Positions 39,118-48,990 of a stretch of DNA of 64,000 nt are shown piece by piece. Location: NCBI GenBank assembly GCA_963977015.1, contig CAXBMO010000019.1:32001-96000 (forward strand), in the 5' to 3' direction. The stretch comes from an uncultured bacterium (GTDB lineage Bacteria > Verrucomicrobiota > Verrucomicrobiia > Verrucomicrobiales > DEV007). Numbering within the stretch: the first letter of the stretch is position 1; every line of letters starts with the position of its first letter. The notes beneath the pieces are model-generated. The model was given only the letters and a program-made list of their open reading frames with translations, did not search any database and was not told where the DNA came from. A program made the translations under genes and the position numbers.

Positions 39118-39333
39118 CTCCCCAATAGCCACGATTTGCACCAGGATGTTCACCTTTTCTCAACCTGCCGGAACTTTTTGAACGAACAGCCTTCTTCGGA
39201 AGATTTTGCATCTTCCGCTACGGGCCTGAACGCTGTTGTCATGATGACGCGCCGGATCCATCCGAGGAACATCATCCTCGTCCCGGACAACCTCGTCACC
39301 CGATCAGGTGTGCGCTTAGTTTCGAGTGGTGCG

Positions 39334-40611
39334 CTACTCTCCGGATTCAATGCACCAGAGCGCTTCGTGGGTGCGGATGAAAAAGGCTCCCTGGGAGGGG
39401 GCGAGCGACGAGTTGGTTTGCTCTCCCAGCGTGTTTTCGGCGAGCACTTCCATGCCCTCGGGAGTGGCGTTGAGGACGATGGTGTCACCGGCCTGGCTCA
39501 GCGTGTAAATCTTGTCTCCGGCAAGAAGCAGTGAACCCCAGGACTTTCCGGAGAGCGGAAGTCGATCTTTCCAGACGGTTTCGCCGGTTTGAATGTTGTC
39601 ACAAAAGACGACTCCGCCGGAATTGTGATAGTAGTAGTGCCCTTCGTGAATCACGCCGGTGCCGATTCCTCCATTGTGGCGAACTTCCTGCCAAAGGCGA
39701 TGGCTTGCGGTGACATCGCCATCGCCGCCTACCCGGACACCGACCGAGTTTCCGTAGTATCCCCCCATCGCAACGACGACCCCGTCACTGTACATCGGCG
39801 ACGTGTAGACCAGCGGGTTCAACCCGGAGGCGGTCCAAAGCACTTCGCCGGTCTTGGGATTGAACCCCTTCATTTCCATGGGAAAACTCATCACGAGTTC
39901 ATCCCGCTTCGCGCCTTCGATCAAAATGGGGGTGCTGAAGGCTCCGATCACGCCTTCATCCGAGTTCCCCCGGAAGCCGTCCGTGCGTTCGCCCGGTTTC
40001 CAAGCCGGCTCCTTCCATTGCCAGACCGTTTCGCCGGACTTCTTGTCGAGGCCGTAGAGCACCGCGTTCTTCGCGGGACCGTGATAGTGGAGGACCAGGC
40101 CGCCGTAAATGAGGGGAGAACTGGAGTTTCCCCACGTGTGATCCAGGGCGCCGAGATCGCGATGCCAGAGCTGGTTTCCTTCCAGGTCATAGGCGACGAG
40201 CCCGGCTGAGCCATAGGAGGCGACCACCATTTCGCCATCCGTGGTGGGCGAGGCCGAGCAAAAGAGATTCGATCGGTGGGTCCGCTCCTGCTTTTCGTAA
40301 ACGAGCCCGTTCTTCCAGAGCAACTTCCCGGTTTCGCGATCGAAACAGTAAAGACCGCGCCATTTTTCCGCCGTGACGGGTTGGGTGACAAAAACGCGAT
40401 CTCCCAGAATGATCGGGGTCGAGTTCCCGCCTTCCGGAAGCTCGACACGCCATTTCACGTTCTTGTCGTTGCCCCATTCCAAGGGCAAATCGGTTTCCTG
40501 AGTAACGCCGGAACCGAGAAGATCACCGCGCCAACTGGGCCAGGCATCTGCGTGGCAAAGCGGGGAAACGGCGAAGAGGAGGGCGGGAAGGAGGACGTGA
40601 CAGGGGTTCAT
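39334..40611 (-). CDS. PQQ-binding-like beta-propeller repeat protein (secreted)
   Basis: Signal peptide, AWPSWRG, GNSTP, SASP, SSSP propeller repeats. Confidence 0.85.
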   Translation of the reverse strand: MNPCHVLLPALLFAVSPLCHADAWPSWRGDLLGSGVTQETDLPLEWGNDKNVKWRVELPEGGNSTPIILGDRVFVTQPVTAEKWRGLYCFDRETGKLLWKNGLVYEKQERTHRSNLFCSASPTTDGEMVVASYGSAGLVAYDLEGNQLWHRDLGALDHTWGNSSSPLIYGGLVLHYHGPAKNAVLYGLDKKSGETVWQWKEPAWKPGERTDGFRGNSDEGVIGAFSTPILIEGAKRDELVMSFPMEMKGFNPKTGEVLWTASGLNPLVYTSPMYSDGVVVAMGGYYGNSVGVRVGGDGDVTASHRLWQEVRHNGGIGTGVIHEGHYYYHNSGGVVFCDNIQTGETVWKDRLPLSGKSWGSLLLAGDKIYTLSQAGDTIVLNATPEGMEVLAENTLGEQTNSSLAPSQGAFFIRTHEALWCIESGE

Positions 40612-40708
40612 GCTCCAATGGACAAACGAAGGGGTGAACTTGCTCAAATCGCACGTGATGATTCCTGGTTTTCATGGCTGAAACCCGGTTGGACGGCGCG
40701 TCTGCCGC

Positions 40709-41638
40709 GTGGTAGAGACGCCGGTGCCCTTTTACCTGCTCCTGCCCCTTGGAAGCGCCATGATGTATGCCCTGAGCACGCTCTTCCTGAAGCGTGGCTT
40801 GAAGGAGGGAGCGCGGCTGCGCCAGGCCGTCCACGTCACCAACATCGCGGTCGGGATCGTGGTATGCCCGCTCTACTTTTTTCAGAAGGATCCGGTCGCC
40901 TGGCATCTCCTGTGGCAGCCGGTCAGCATGTCGCTGGTTTTCTATGCGGCGGGATGGATGACGGTTTGGGCGATGCGTCAGGGGGATGTTTCGCTCGTCA
41001 CTCCGGTCATGGGGACGAAGGTTGTGTTTGTGGCTTTGGGGGCAGCGCTCTTGCTGGATGAGCAACTGCCCATGCTCCTTATCGTTGCGGTGGTGCTGAC
41101 GGCGGCTGGCATCTTCGTGCTCGGCATCCCCGATCTCGCGAAAAGCCATGCCAAATTCGGCCCCGCGACCCTGCTCGCCATGCTTAGTGTGTCGATGTTC
41201 GCAGCCTGCGACCTGATGGTGAAGCAGTGGGCCATTCCATTCGGCAAACACGCCTTCATCGCGATCGCCTCGAATGGAGTCGGGATCATTTCGATCCTGG
41301 ACATCGCCCTGAGCCGCCTGCCGTTCCGGGAGACCTATCCCCCGACGACGAAAGAGACGCGGTTCTGGATCTGGAGCAGCGCAGTGCTCATTGCCTTGCA
41401 GGCCATGGTCGTTGGCGTCGTCCTGGCAGCCACCGGGGACGCCACAGGGGTGAACGTCGTCTATGCGTCGCGCGGATTGTGGGCGATTCTGCTCGTTTGG
41501 ATCGTTGGCCATCATTTTGCGAATCACGAACGCCACGACGCGGGCAAGTTCTACATCTGGCGGGTCGTCGGAGCCGCGATGTTGACGCTGGCAGTCATTC
41601 TCGCGGTGGTCGCGCGCTCGTCGGGGAGTCCGCAATGA
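40709..41638 (+). CDS. DMT/EamA-family transporter
   Basis: About 10 TM helices in two repeats; GDVSLVTPV. Start codon uncertain. Confidence 0.8.
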   Translation: MVETPVPFYLLLPLGSAMMYALSTLFLKRGLKEGARLRQAVHVTNIAVGIVVCPLYFFQKDPVAWHLLWQPVSMSLVFYAAGWMTVWAMRQGDVSLVTPVMGTKVVFVALGAALLLDEQLPMLLIVAVVLTAAGIFVLGIPDLAKSHAKFGPATLLAMLSVSMFAACDLMVKQWAIPFGKHAFIAIASNGVGIISILDIALSRLPFRETYPPTTKETRFWIWSSAVLIALQAMVVGVVLAATGDATGVNVVYASRGLWAILLVWIVGHHFANHERHDAGKFYIWRVVGAAMLTLAVILAVVARSSGSPQ

Positions 41639-41743
41639 GCGTCCCGGCATCGGTGCCCACGCTGGAGATGGTGGTCGGGTGAACGCGCCACCGTCGAGGA
41701 GATGATCGCGAAGTGGGCGAGGCGTAGCACAGCCTTCACTCCC

Positions 41744-41803
41744 GTATTCCGGAGATTTCTCCGGAATTTGGTCGGTCGGTTTCCGGAGAAATCTCTGGAA
41801 TAC
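41744..41803. repeat. Inverted REP-like doublet
   Basis: GTATTCCGGAGATTTCTCCGGAA, a 14-nt spacer, then TTCCGGAGAAATCTCTGGAATAC (22/23 inverted match); each arm is itself palindromic; lies between convergent genes. Confidence 0.85.
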
Positions 41804-41842
41804 CATCAAGCGATCAGATTTGTGCCCTTTTTCAACATTCTG

Positions 41843-42259
41843 CTAGGAAGTGTTCCTCGCGGCCGGCAACTCCTCGACGGTTAACTCAGCGCATCCGGTT
41901 TCCGGATCGAGCTTTCTCGTGAATTCCCATTCCGGAAGGATGCCGAGAACAATCTCCGCAGTGGTGTTGATGATGGCTCCCTCCTTCAGGTGTCCTCCCT
42001 TCGCCATTCCGTGGTGGTCGCTGACCAAAATATGGAGATGCGACCCGTCCCGGGAAAGGGTCCCCCCAAGCGAGATGATTTCGAAGGGGCCTTCCAAAAT
42101 CTCCGCCGTCTCCGCCTCGGCAAACCGGATCGCCGCCGTCCTGAGGCTCCCAATTCCGGTGACGACGCACGCCGCCGGCCACTTTCGGTTCTCTATCAGG
42201 CCATCCAGCTCCCGCTTCAAATCCTGTCCCGGGGTGAGTCTCAGGCAATGGGTTTGCAT
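41843..42259 (-). CDS. DUF296 (PPC domain) protein
   Basis: RLTPGQDL, GIGSL, EIISLGGT, HLH, GGHL, TTAEI. Confidence 0.88.
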   Translation of the reverse strand: MQTHCLRLTPGQDLKRELDGLIENRKWPAACVVTGIGSLRTAAIRFAEAETAEILEGPFEIISLGGTLSRDGSHLHILVSDHHGMAKGGHLKEGAIINTTAEIVLGILPEWEFTRKLDPETGCAELTVEELPAARNTS

Positions 42260-42293
42260 CGTTGGTGTTGGGTTTCCAGGGTTGTGCCTGCGT

Positions 42294-43265
42294 TCAATGG
42301 GAAAAGTGTTCGCAGGCAAGTTGGGCCACCTCGTCGGCGCAACCCCACGCGACGGTATATCCGCCGCCGCCATGGCCGTAGTTGTGGATCACCGGCTGAT
42401 CGGTGGAGGGCAGCTCCAGTTCCAAACGAACCTCCGGACGGCCCGGACGAAGCCCCACCGCCACGCCGAGTTGCTCACTCTGCGCAAGTTGGGGAACGAG
42501 CTTGCGGCAACGCTCAAGAATCGCCTGTGTGTCGCTTTCGGAAGGTTCCCGGCTCCAGTCTCCCTCCTGCGCGGTCCCTCCCAGAACCACGTCATTCTTC
42601 CGGGGAAGAATCAACGTGAACTCATCCTCTTTCTGGTAGAGCCGCGTCGATTCCCTCAGGTCTTTGGGGAGGGAAACCCGCACCACCTGGCCGCGAATGG
42701 GAAACACCTCGGGGTCCTTCGCAAAATGGCGCGCCCAGACTCCCGTGCAATTCACCACCAGGTCGAACTCAGGAAACAAATCCGTTGGGTTGTCGATCTC
42801 CTGAACCTGAATTTGCGCCCCGTTGCGAACCACCTCGTCCCGGAGATAGGGCATGAACACCGGCACATCAATGACCGGAAGCGTCACCAGAAACGCCTCG
42901 TGACAAGGAACTCCGTAGTCGGCCCCGTTCACTTCCTCCCATTCATCAACGAGGGTTCGCGCGTACGCGCTGTCATCGGGATCGAGGCAAAACCGGAAAT
43001 GCCTCTCAAAATGAATCCCGGATTCCGGAAGTGTCTGGAGACGCGCATACTCGTCGTAGGTGGTCTTGGCCCACTTCGCCACGCGCTCCTCGGGGTAGGC
43101 CTTGTGCGGCCACCAATAGGCTCCGGCGGAGAGCGATGTGGTTTCGGTAAACTCCTCCTTCGAAAAAATCTTCACGGAGAAGCCGCGCTTCAGCAATCGA
43201 TGCGCACAAGTCAGTCCCATGACCCCTTGTCCAACGATGGCAACGTTCTTTCGGTCGGTGATCAT
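42294..43265 (-). CDS. dao: D-amino acid oxidase (DAO-family FAD oxidoreductase)
   Basis: GQGVMG, VNCTG, PIRGQ, VGLRPGR, HNYGHGGGG. Confidence 0.82.
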   Translation of the reverse strand: MITDRKNVAIVGQGVMGLTCAHRLLKRGFSVKIFSKEEFTETTSLSAGAYWWPHKAYPEERVAKWAKTTYDEYARLQTLPESGIHFERHFRFCLDPDDSAYARTLVDEWEEVNGADYGVPCHEAFLVTLPVIDVPVFMPYLRDEVVRNGAQIQVQEIDNPTDLFPEFDLVVNCTGVWARHFAKDPEVFPIRGQVVRVSLPKDLRESTRLYQKEDEFTLILPRKNDVVLGGTAQEGDWSREPSESDTQAILERCRKLVPQLAQSEQLGVAVGLRPGRPEVRLELELPSTDQPVIHNYGHGGGGYTVAWGCADEVAQLACEHFSH

Positions 43266-43368
43266 TGAAATACTCTGGCGTGATGCCTCAAACTAAACTC
43301 GTCGTCGGCGCAGGGTTAGGCGATCGGAGGCGATGTTCCTTACGTTCATTCGGAGAGCCAATCCGAGT

Positions 43369-43932
43369 TTAATCCTTCGCCCCACCCGGATCTCCATTCC
43401 AGTAGGTTTTCACCATTCGTGCCACGCGAAGCGGATCCGCTCCAGCAAGTGGAATCTCATTGTGCTCAACCGTGTTGTAGCCGAAACGTCGGTAAAGTGG
43501 CTCACCAACCAGGGTGGCTGAAATCTCCCCGCGCCGGAAGCCCGCGGCAAGGATCGCATCCTCGCATGCCTTCATGATACGGCTGCCAATTCTTTGCCTC
43601 GCGAAATCAGGATCCACAAAAAAGGCCCTGATCCGCGCCGCTTCAGTTTCAGGGTCCAGACGCCGGGGAGCAGTTCCGGTAACCTGACGCCCTCCGAAAA
43701 GAGCCTTGCGGAAGCTCCAACCGCCACATCCGACGATGTTGCCCATTTCTTCGACCACGAAATAGGTCGCATCCTGAATCATCTGTTCATCGACTCCGAA
43801 GACGGGACCAATCGCCGCCCGGATCTGTGATTCGGAATAGCAACCCTTGTGCAGGGTCGTCACCGATCTCACCAGCAACTCGTGAAGGGATTCCTGGTCG
43901 GCGGGAGTCGCGATTCGTATCGTCCAGTTCAT
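43369..43932 (-). CDS. GNAT-family N-acetyltransferase
   Basis: GCGGWS, IRAFFVDPDFARQRIG, ATLVGEPLYRRFGY. Confidence 0.85.
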   Translation of the reverse strand: MNWTIRIATPADQESLHELLVRSVTTLHKGCYSESQIRAAIGPVFGVDEQMIQDATYFVVEEMGNIVGCGGWSFRKALFGGRQVTGTAPRRLDPETEAARIRAFFVDPDFARQRIGSRIMKACEDAILAAGFRRGEISATLVGEPLYRRFGYNTVEHNEIPLAGADPLRVARMVKTYWNGDPGGAKD

Positions 43933-44007
43933 GACAGGAGAGTGTCCGTTAGGCAATGGTAGCCGAACCCAAAGTGGCGGAGTCCATCGACAAAGGCAAA
44001 TGTGGAG

Positions 44008-44343
44008 TCAGCTCTCCATCGAGATGGCCTCCACCGCACCGTCTTCATCAAAGGAAACGCAGAGAACGTAGTTCGTCACCTCTCCCGGAAGGGTGAAATC
44101 AAGACTGTCCAGGTCCTCCTCTTCGTCAAAGTCAGACTGCAGGACCAGCGCATCAAGAATCTGCTCCGGTGCCGGCTTTGCCGTTTGAAGATGCTTCTCC
44201 CAATACGGCGCCGCGAGTTCCTCAAGATGATGAGAGACGAAAAGCGTGGCGCCAAACTCATCGTCCGCAGTTCCGTATGCGGCTTTGATGGCTTTTAGCG
44301 CTGCGTTCGTTCGGGTCTGGATTTCGGCGTTGTCAGGGGGCAT
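44008..44343 (-). CDS. Small acidic protein, DUF2004-like
   Basis: DFTLP..TNYVLCVSFD...ISMES C-terminus; the start could alternatively be 44364. Confidence 0.65.
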   Translation of the reverse strand: MPPDNAEIQTRTNAALKAIKAAYGTADDEFGATLFVSHHLEELAAPYWEKHLQTAKPAPEQILDALVLQSDFDEEEDLDSLDFTLPGEVTNYVLCVSFDEDGAVEAISMES

Positions 44344-44365
44344 TGGGCCGGAAATTTTTCCCACC

Positions 44366-44989
44366 TTATCGCTTCCCGCCTTTTACGAGAAGCCAAATTG
44401 CGAGTGACATCTCTCCGAAAATGCTCGGGACAGCAACGAGCGCCAGGAAGACAGAGGCGTAGTTGTCGTAGTTGGGCAGCGCAAAATGTGCCGCGGTGTC
44501 CGCCATATACATCACCCCAGCCAATGCCAGAAAGACGGTGATGAACTTGGGTCTACCAATGATGTTCCCCAATAGAAGAAGATGAATCCCAAAAAAGAAG
44601 AGGCCGATCAGCCAGATGTTATTGAACGTCGCAACGTGATTCAGGACCTCCTCACCAGTCTCCGAAGTCAACACGGGCGGGAGTGAGAAAACCGCCACCC
44701 CCATGATCGCCGCATGCATCATTCGAAACAGCATGCTTAGAAGCGAGAGAGAATCGTCCTTGTACAATTCGTAAAGAGCCCACGCCACCACCACATCAAA
44801 AACCACCGTGATCAGGAAGGCCAGGATGCCGGCTCGCACCTGGAGGTGATCTTGCTGGATCGTCGCCAGAGGGGCGTTGAGCAGGGATTCCAGCACGAAA
44901 AAGTTGGCGAAAATCGCCGCAAAGAAAATGATGAGATAGCTCACTCCCGCGATCACGGAAAGCGTTCTCGGTTCGAAGGTCCTACTCAT
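44366..44989 (-). CDS. DUF4386-like membrane protein
   Basis: About 6-7 TM helices; DVVVAWALY, GLFFFGIHL, GEMSLAIWLLVKG. Confidence 0.75.
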   Translation of the reverse strand: MSRTFEPRTLSVIAGVSYLIIFFAAIFANFFVLESLLNAPLATIQQDHLQVRAGILAFLITVVFDVVVAWALYELYKDDSLSLLSMLFRMMHAAIMGVAVFSLPPVLTSETGEEVLNHVATFNNIWLIGLFFFGIHLLLLGNIIGRPKFITVFLALAGVMYMADTAAHFALPNYDNYASVFLALVAVPSIFGEMSLAIWLLVKGGKR

Positions 44990-45477
44990 GATCGGGGTCG
45001 TTGATTGGTTGTATGGATCGTCTTTTTCCCATCGTAATCAGCAAACAACTGCTCATGCGATGCCTGGGAAAACGTGTCCTTCCGGTGAGGATATTGCGCG
45101 ATCCAGTCGATCAACATCGCCAGATTCGCATCCTGTTCCTCCCTGGATGGATATTTGTGGGGTTCCCAGGGACGATTTCTCGCATTGTCGATGCAATCTT
45201 CAACTGGCAAATTCAGGAAGATGATCTCGGTGGAACAGGGAATCACCACGGCCAAGAGATCGGAATAGCATCCCTCAATCACCCAACCATCAGAAGACTC
45301 CATGAAGGATTCAATCGCCCGCGTTGACTCTTCGATCGACCGTCGCACCGGAGGCGAAACGGGTTGCCAGGCAATCGTATCCAGATCGAAGTGCGCCAAC
45401 CCTTCGGAGTCAGAAAGCTGCTTTGCCAAGGTGGATTTGCCCGACCCGGAATTCCCGAAAATAACTACTTTTTTCAC
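44986..45477 (-). CDS. Adenylate/shikimate kinase-like P-loop protein (FlaR/topology-modulation-like)
   Basis: GNSGSGKST, DLD, WVIEGCY, RPWEPHKY. GTG start assumed. Confidence 0.8.
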   Translation of the reverse strand: MKKVVIFGNSGSGKSTLAKQLSDSEGLAHFDLDTIAWQPVSPPVRRSIEESTRAIESFMESSDGWVIEGCYSDLLAVVIPCSTEIIFLNLPVEDCIDNARNRPWEPHKYPSREEQDANLAMLIDWIAQYPHRKDTFSQASHEQLFADYDGKKTIHTTNQRPRS

Positions 45478-45617
45478 GCGTGCGCCCAGCATGGGGGCGA
45501 GGTGGAAGCGGTTCAAGTGCCCGGTGTGAAAAAGGAATGCGTCCAGAGTTGGAGGCTGCCAGACAGCCTAAGCCATCTCCTTGCTGTACAAGCCTGCAAC
45601 GCCTTGCAAATGCCCAT

Positions 45618-46289
45618 TCAACTCTCCATTCCCGTCCCATCCGGACCGTAAAGATATTCCATGTCGGGCTTCTCCGTCGCAAAGAAATGGACCCAGATGT
45701 AGGCGTGACTGAATGCGGCAACGGTCAGCCCGGTAGCGGAGTTGAGACCCACCGCGATCGCCCAGAACAGAAGAAACACAGCGACGTACATCCCATGGCT
45801 GGTGAAACGAAAAATCCCCTTCCTCACCAGCGGCATCCTGCGGTAGCGAGCCTCGAAATGATCGGCCCCGCTCGCGCGAACCATGCCGAAGTCGCGTAGG
45901 ACGCTGTGCATCGCGTAGAACCCCACCGCGACGAGCAACAGTGTGATGAGGATTCGCGGAGGAGCCGGTAGGCCGAGGCTGCCCCGGTCCAACCACGCCA
46001 ACATGAACAAGGAAACAAATCGACCGGCAAAGAGAACGAAAAACAGCCCGACATAAACTCGAAACCCGATGGAGTGACTGATCGCTGAATCCCGGAGCTC
46101 CAGGCGCCACGTCAACCACACATACACCTGGTGCACGACGGGGAACGCAATGGCAATCCAGAAAGCTGCGGGAAAGGGGGCGCCGAGAGATCGCCAAGCG
46201 ATCCCAACCAAGCCGAGCAGGATCACCAAACCAGCAAGGTGGAGCAACTGGCCAACCCAGATTCCTGGAACTGTTTTTGTTTTCGGCAT
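45618..46289 (-). CDS. PEMT/ICMT-like membrane methyltransferase
   Basis: TM helices; GADHF, LVRKGIFRF..HGMY, TEKPDM. Confidence 0.72.
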   Translation of the reverse strand: MPKTKTVPGIWVGQLLHLAGLVILLGLVGIAWRSLGAPFPAAFWIAIAFPVVHQVYVWLTWRLELRDSAISHSIGFRVYVGLFFVLFAGRFVSLFMLAWLDRGSLGLPAPPRILITLLLVAVGFYAMHSVLRDFGMVRASGADHFEARYRRMPLVRKGIFRFTSHGMYVAVFLLFWAIAVGLNSATGLTVAAFSHAYIWVHFFATEKPDMEYLYGPDGTGMES

Positions 46290-46454
46290 TGCGCTTGCAG
46301 CAAACGAGCTTGTTCTCCCTTGGTTCCTCCAAGAACTTTCCATCGAGCGACCAATTTAGGACTTCGAAGGTTGGCTCGATGCCGCAACAAGCCACGCTGA
46401 TTGGGTGGAGCTTTCGTCGGGTTGATTATTCTGAGGTTTGATGTCCCTTGCGGC

Positions 46455-48095
46455 ATGAAATCCCTTACTCTTGCCATTTGGACGTTCGTCCTGGCCCTGT
46501 CGTCCGCGGTTGCCGATCGCCCGAACATCGTTTTTATCTTTTCCGACGATCACGCGACCCAGGCGATCAGTGCTTACGGGGGAAGGCTTGCGGAAGTCGT
46601 GCCGACGCCGAATCTGGACCGGATCGCCGAAGAGGGGATGCGTTTTACCCGGTGCATGGTGACCAACTCGATTTGCGGGCCAAGCCGCGCCACGATCCTA
46701 ACCGGAAAATACAGCCACAAAAACGGCTTCTTCATGAATGAGGCGACCCGGTTCGACGGGAGCCAGCAAACCTTTCCCAAACTGCTCCAAAAGGCGGGTT
46801 ACGAGACGGCGATCATCGGCAAGTGGCATCTTGCGAGCGATCCAACCGGGTTCGATCACTGGGAGATTCTTCCGGGGCAGGGGAGTTACTACAATCCGGA
46901 TTTCCTGACCGAGAAGGGAAAGCATCGGGAAACGGGATATTGCAGTGAGATCCTGACCGAGAAAGCCAAGCGGTGGCTCTCCGAGCAACGGGATTCGCAG
47001 AAGCCGTTCATGTTGATGTTGCAGCACAAGGCTCCACATCGCGCATGGGATCCGGCGCCCAAGTATCTAACGCTGTTCGATGATGTGACGATGCCGGAGC
47101 CGGACACGTTGTTTGATGATTATGAAGGTCGTGGAACGGCGGCGTTGAATCAGGATATGTCGATCGAGAAGACGATGACGTTGGGGCGTGACTTGAAGGT
47201 GAAGGAAAAGGATCCGACGGGCGACTTCGTCAGGCGCGGCTACGGTCGGCTCAACGAAGCGCAGGCAGCGCTTTGGGACGCGGCTTATCAGCCAAAAAAT
47301 GATGCGTTTCTCGCCGCCAACCTCAGTGGCAGGGAGTTGGTCCGTTGGAAGTATCAGCGTTATCTCAAGGATTACCTGCGGTGCGTGAAGTCGGTGGATG
47401 ACAGCGTGGGAGAGATTCAGGCTTACCTCAAAGAGAATGGCTTGTCCGATAATACAGTGTTCATTTATTCAAGTGATCAGGGCTTCTATCTGGGGGAGCA
47501 CGGATGGTTTGATAAGCGGTTTATGTATGATGAGTCTTATCGCACTCCGCTGCTCGTGAGTTGGCCCGGGAAGATCCGGCCGGGAAGCGTGAATGGCGAT
47601 TTGGTGTCCAATCTCGATTTCGCGGAGACCTTCCTGGAAATCGCAGGGGCGGAGATTCCCGCTGATATGCAGGGAGCCAGTCTCGTTCCGATCCTGAAGG
47701 GGACGACGCCATCTGATTGGCGCAAGTCCCACTACTATCATTACTACGAATATCCCGGCTGGCACATGGTACAGCGGCACGAAGGCGTCTACGATGGTCG
47801 TTACAAGTTGATGAACTTTTACGATGTCAAGGAGATGGAGCTCTACGACCTGGAGTCCGATCCGAAAGAGATGACCAATCAATTCAACAACCCGGAGTAT
47901 GCCGCGATCGTAAAGCGGCTGGAAGGAGAGTTGGCTGAGCTTCGGCGTCAGTATGAAGTTCCGGAGAATCAGCTCAAGGATCTTACGAATGTGGACATGC
48001 ATTACCATTCCAAATCGATTCTCGAACGAGGGCTGGCCCGGAAGAAAGCGGCGGAAGAAGCCGCCGCAAAGCGAAAAGGCGAAAGCCCGAAGTAG
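46455..48095 (+). CDS. Sulfatase (N-acetylglucosamine-6-sulfatase-like)
   Basis: [54 protein letters not shown]. Confidence 0.92.
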   Translation: MKSLTLAIWTFVLALSSAVADRPNIVFIFSDDHATQAISAYGGRLAEVVPTPNLDRIAEEGMRFTRCMVTNSICGPSRATILTGKYSHKNGFFMNEATRFDGSQQTFPKLLQKAGYETAIIGKWHLASDPTGFDHWEILPGQGSYYNPDFLTEKGKHRETGYCSEILTEKAKRWLSEQRDSQKPFMLMLQHKAPHRAWDPAPKYLTLFDDVTMPEPDTLFDDYEGRGTAALNQDMSIEKTMTLGRDLKVKEKDPTGDFVRRGYGRLNEAQAALWDAAYQPKNDAFLAANLSGRELVRWKYQRYLKDYLRCVKSVDDSVGEIQAYLKENGLSDNTVFIYSSDQGFYLGEHGWFDKRFMYDESYRTPLLVSWPGKIRPGSVNGDLVSNLDFAETFLEIAGAEIPADMQGASLVPILKGTTPSDWRKSHYYHYYEYPGWHMVQRHEGVYDGRYKLMNFYDVKEMELYDLESDPKEMTNQFNNPEYAAIVKRLEGELAELRRQYEVPENQLKDLTNVDMHYHSKSILERGLARKKAAEEAAAKRKGESPK

Positions 48096-48234
48096 AGGCC
48101 AACGTGTTTCGGACGAATGAGAGGTGTTCTGATCTTCGCCAGTTGCTAGCATAGCGTTGCGTTGTCTGCGTCGAAAGGCTTGGAAACGTTTCACAAGAAC
48201 CTGCGATGGGGCCGGGAATGTGCTTTGATGAGGC

Positions 48235-48948
48235 ATGAAGTTCTTTCTTCCTTTCACGTTTGTTCTTGGTGTCACGGCTGTGCTTCTGGCGCAGGTCCCT
48301 GTTCAACCTCCCGTTGAGGAGAGTGTTAGGCCCGGGATCAATGAGAAGTTTCTCGATCCCGATTTGAAGGTGGCGGAGTGGCTCAAGCGCTTTGAGGTGG
48401 AAAGCCGGGAAGTGTTTCATGCCCGGGACAAGATTCTCGAAGCCTGCCGGTTGGAGAAAGGGATGGTGGTCGCGGATGTGGGGGCTGGGACCGGGCTTTA
48501 CACTCGCCTGTTTTCCGAAACCGTTGGCGAAACTGGCTGGGTTTATGCGGTGGAGATCAACCCGCGTTGGCTCGAACACATTCGGGAGCGGGCCAGGCAG
48601 GAAGGCCACATGAACATCACGACCGCCCTGGCGCCGCAGGATTCCGTGATGTTGCCGCCCAACTCGGTCGATCGTGTCTTCATCTGCGACACCTATCACC
48701 ACTTCGAATTTCCCCGTCGAACCATGGCTTCGATTGCAAAGGCGTTGAGGCCGGGGGGCGAGATGGTGGTCATCGATTTTGAGCGGATTGAAGGCGTCTC
48801 GAGCGAGTGGGTCATGGGGCATGTGCGGGCCGGCAAGGAGGTCTTTCGTCAGGAGATTGAGGAGTCTGGGTTGGAGTTTCTGGAGGAGGTCATAATCGAA
48901 GAACTGAAAGAGAATTACTTTCTTCGATTTCAGAAACCCAACGCGTAA
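48235..48948 (+). CDS. Class I SAM-dependent methyltransferase with signal peptide
   Basis: VADVGAGTG, YAVEI, DTYHH; hydrophobic N-terminus. Confidence 0.85.
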   Translation: MKFFLPFTFVLGVTAVLLAQVPVQPPVEESVRPGINEKFLDPDLKVAEWLKRFEVESREVFHARDKILEACRLEKGMVVADVGAGTGLYTRLFSETVGETGWVYAVEINPRWLEHIRERARQEGHMNITTALAPQDSVMLPPNSVDRVFICDTYHHFEFPRRTMASIAKALRPGGEMVVIDFERIEGVSSEWVMGHVRAGKEVFRQEIEESGLEFLEEVIIEELKENYFLRFQKPNA

Positions 48949-48990
48949 AACGGGCTGCCCTTCAGGTCACATTCGAGTTAGGATAGAACG

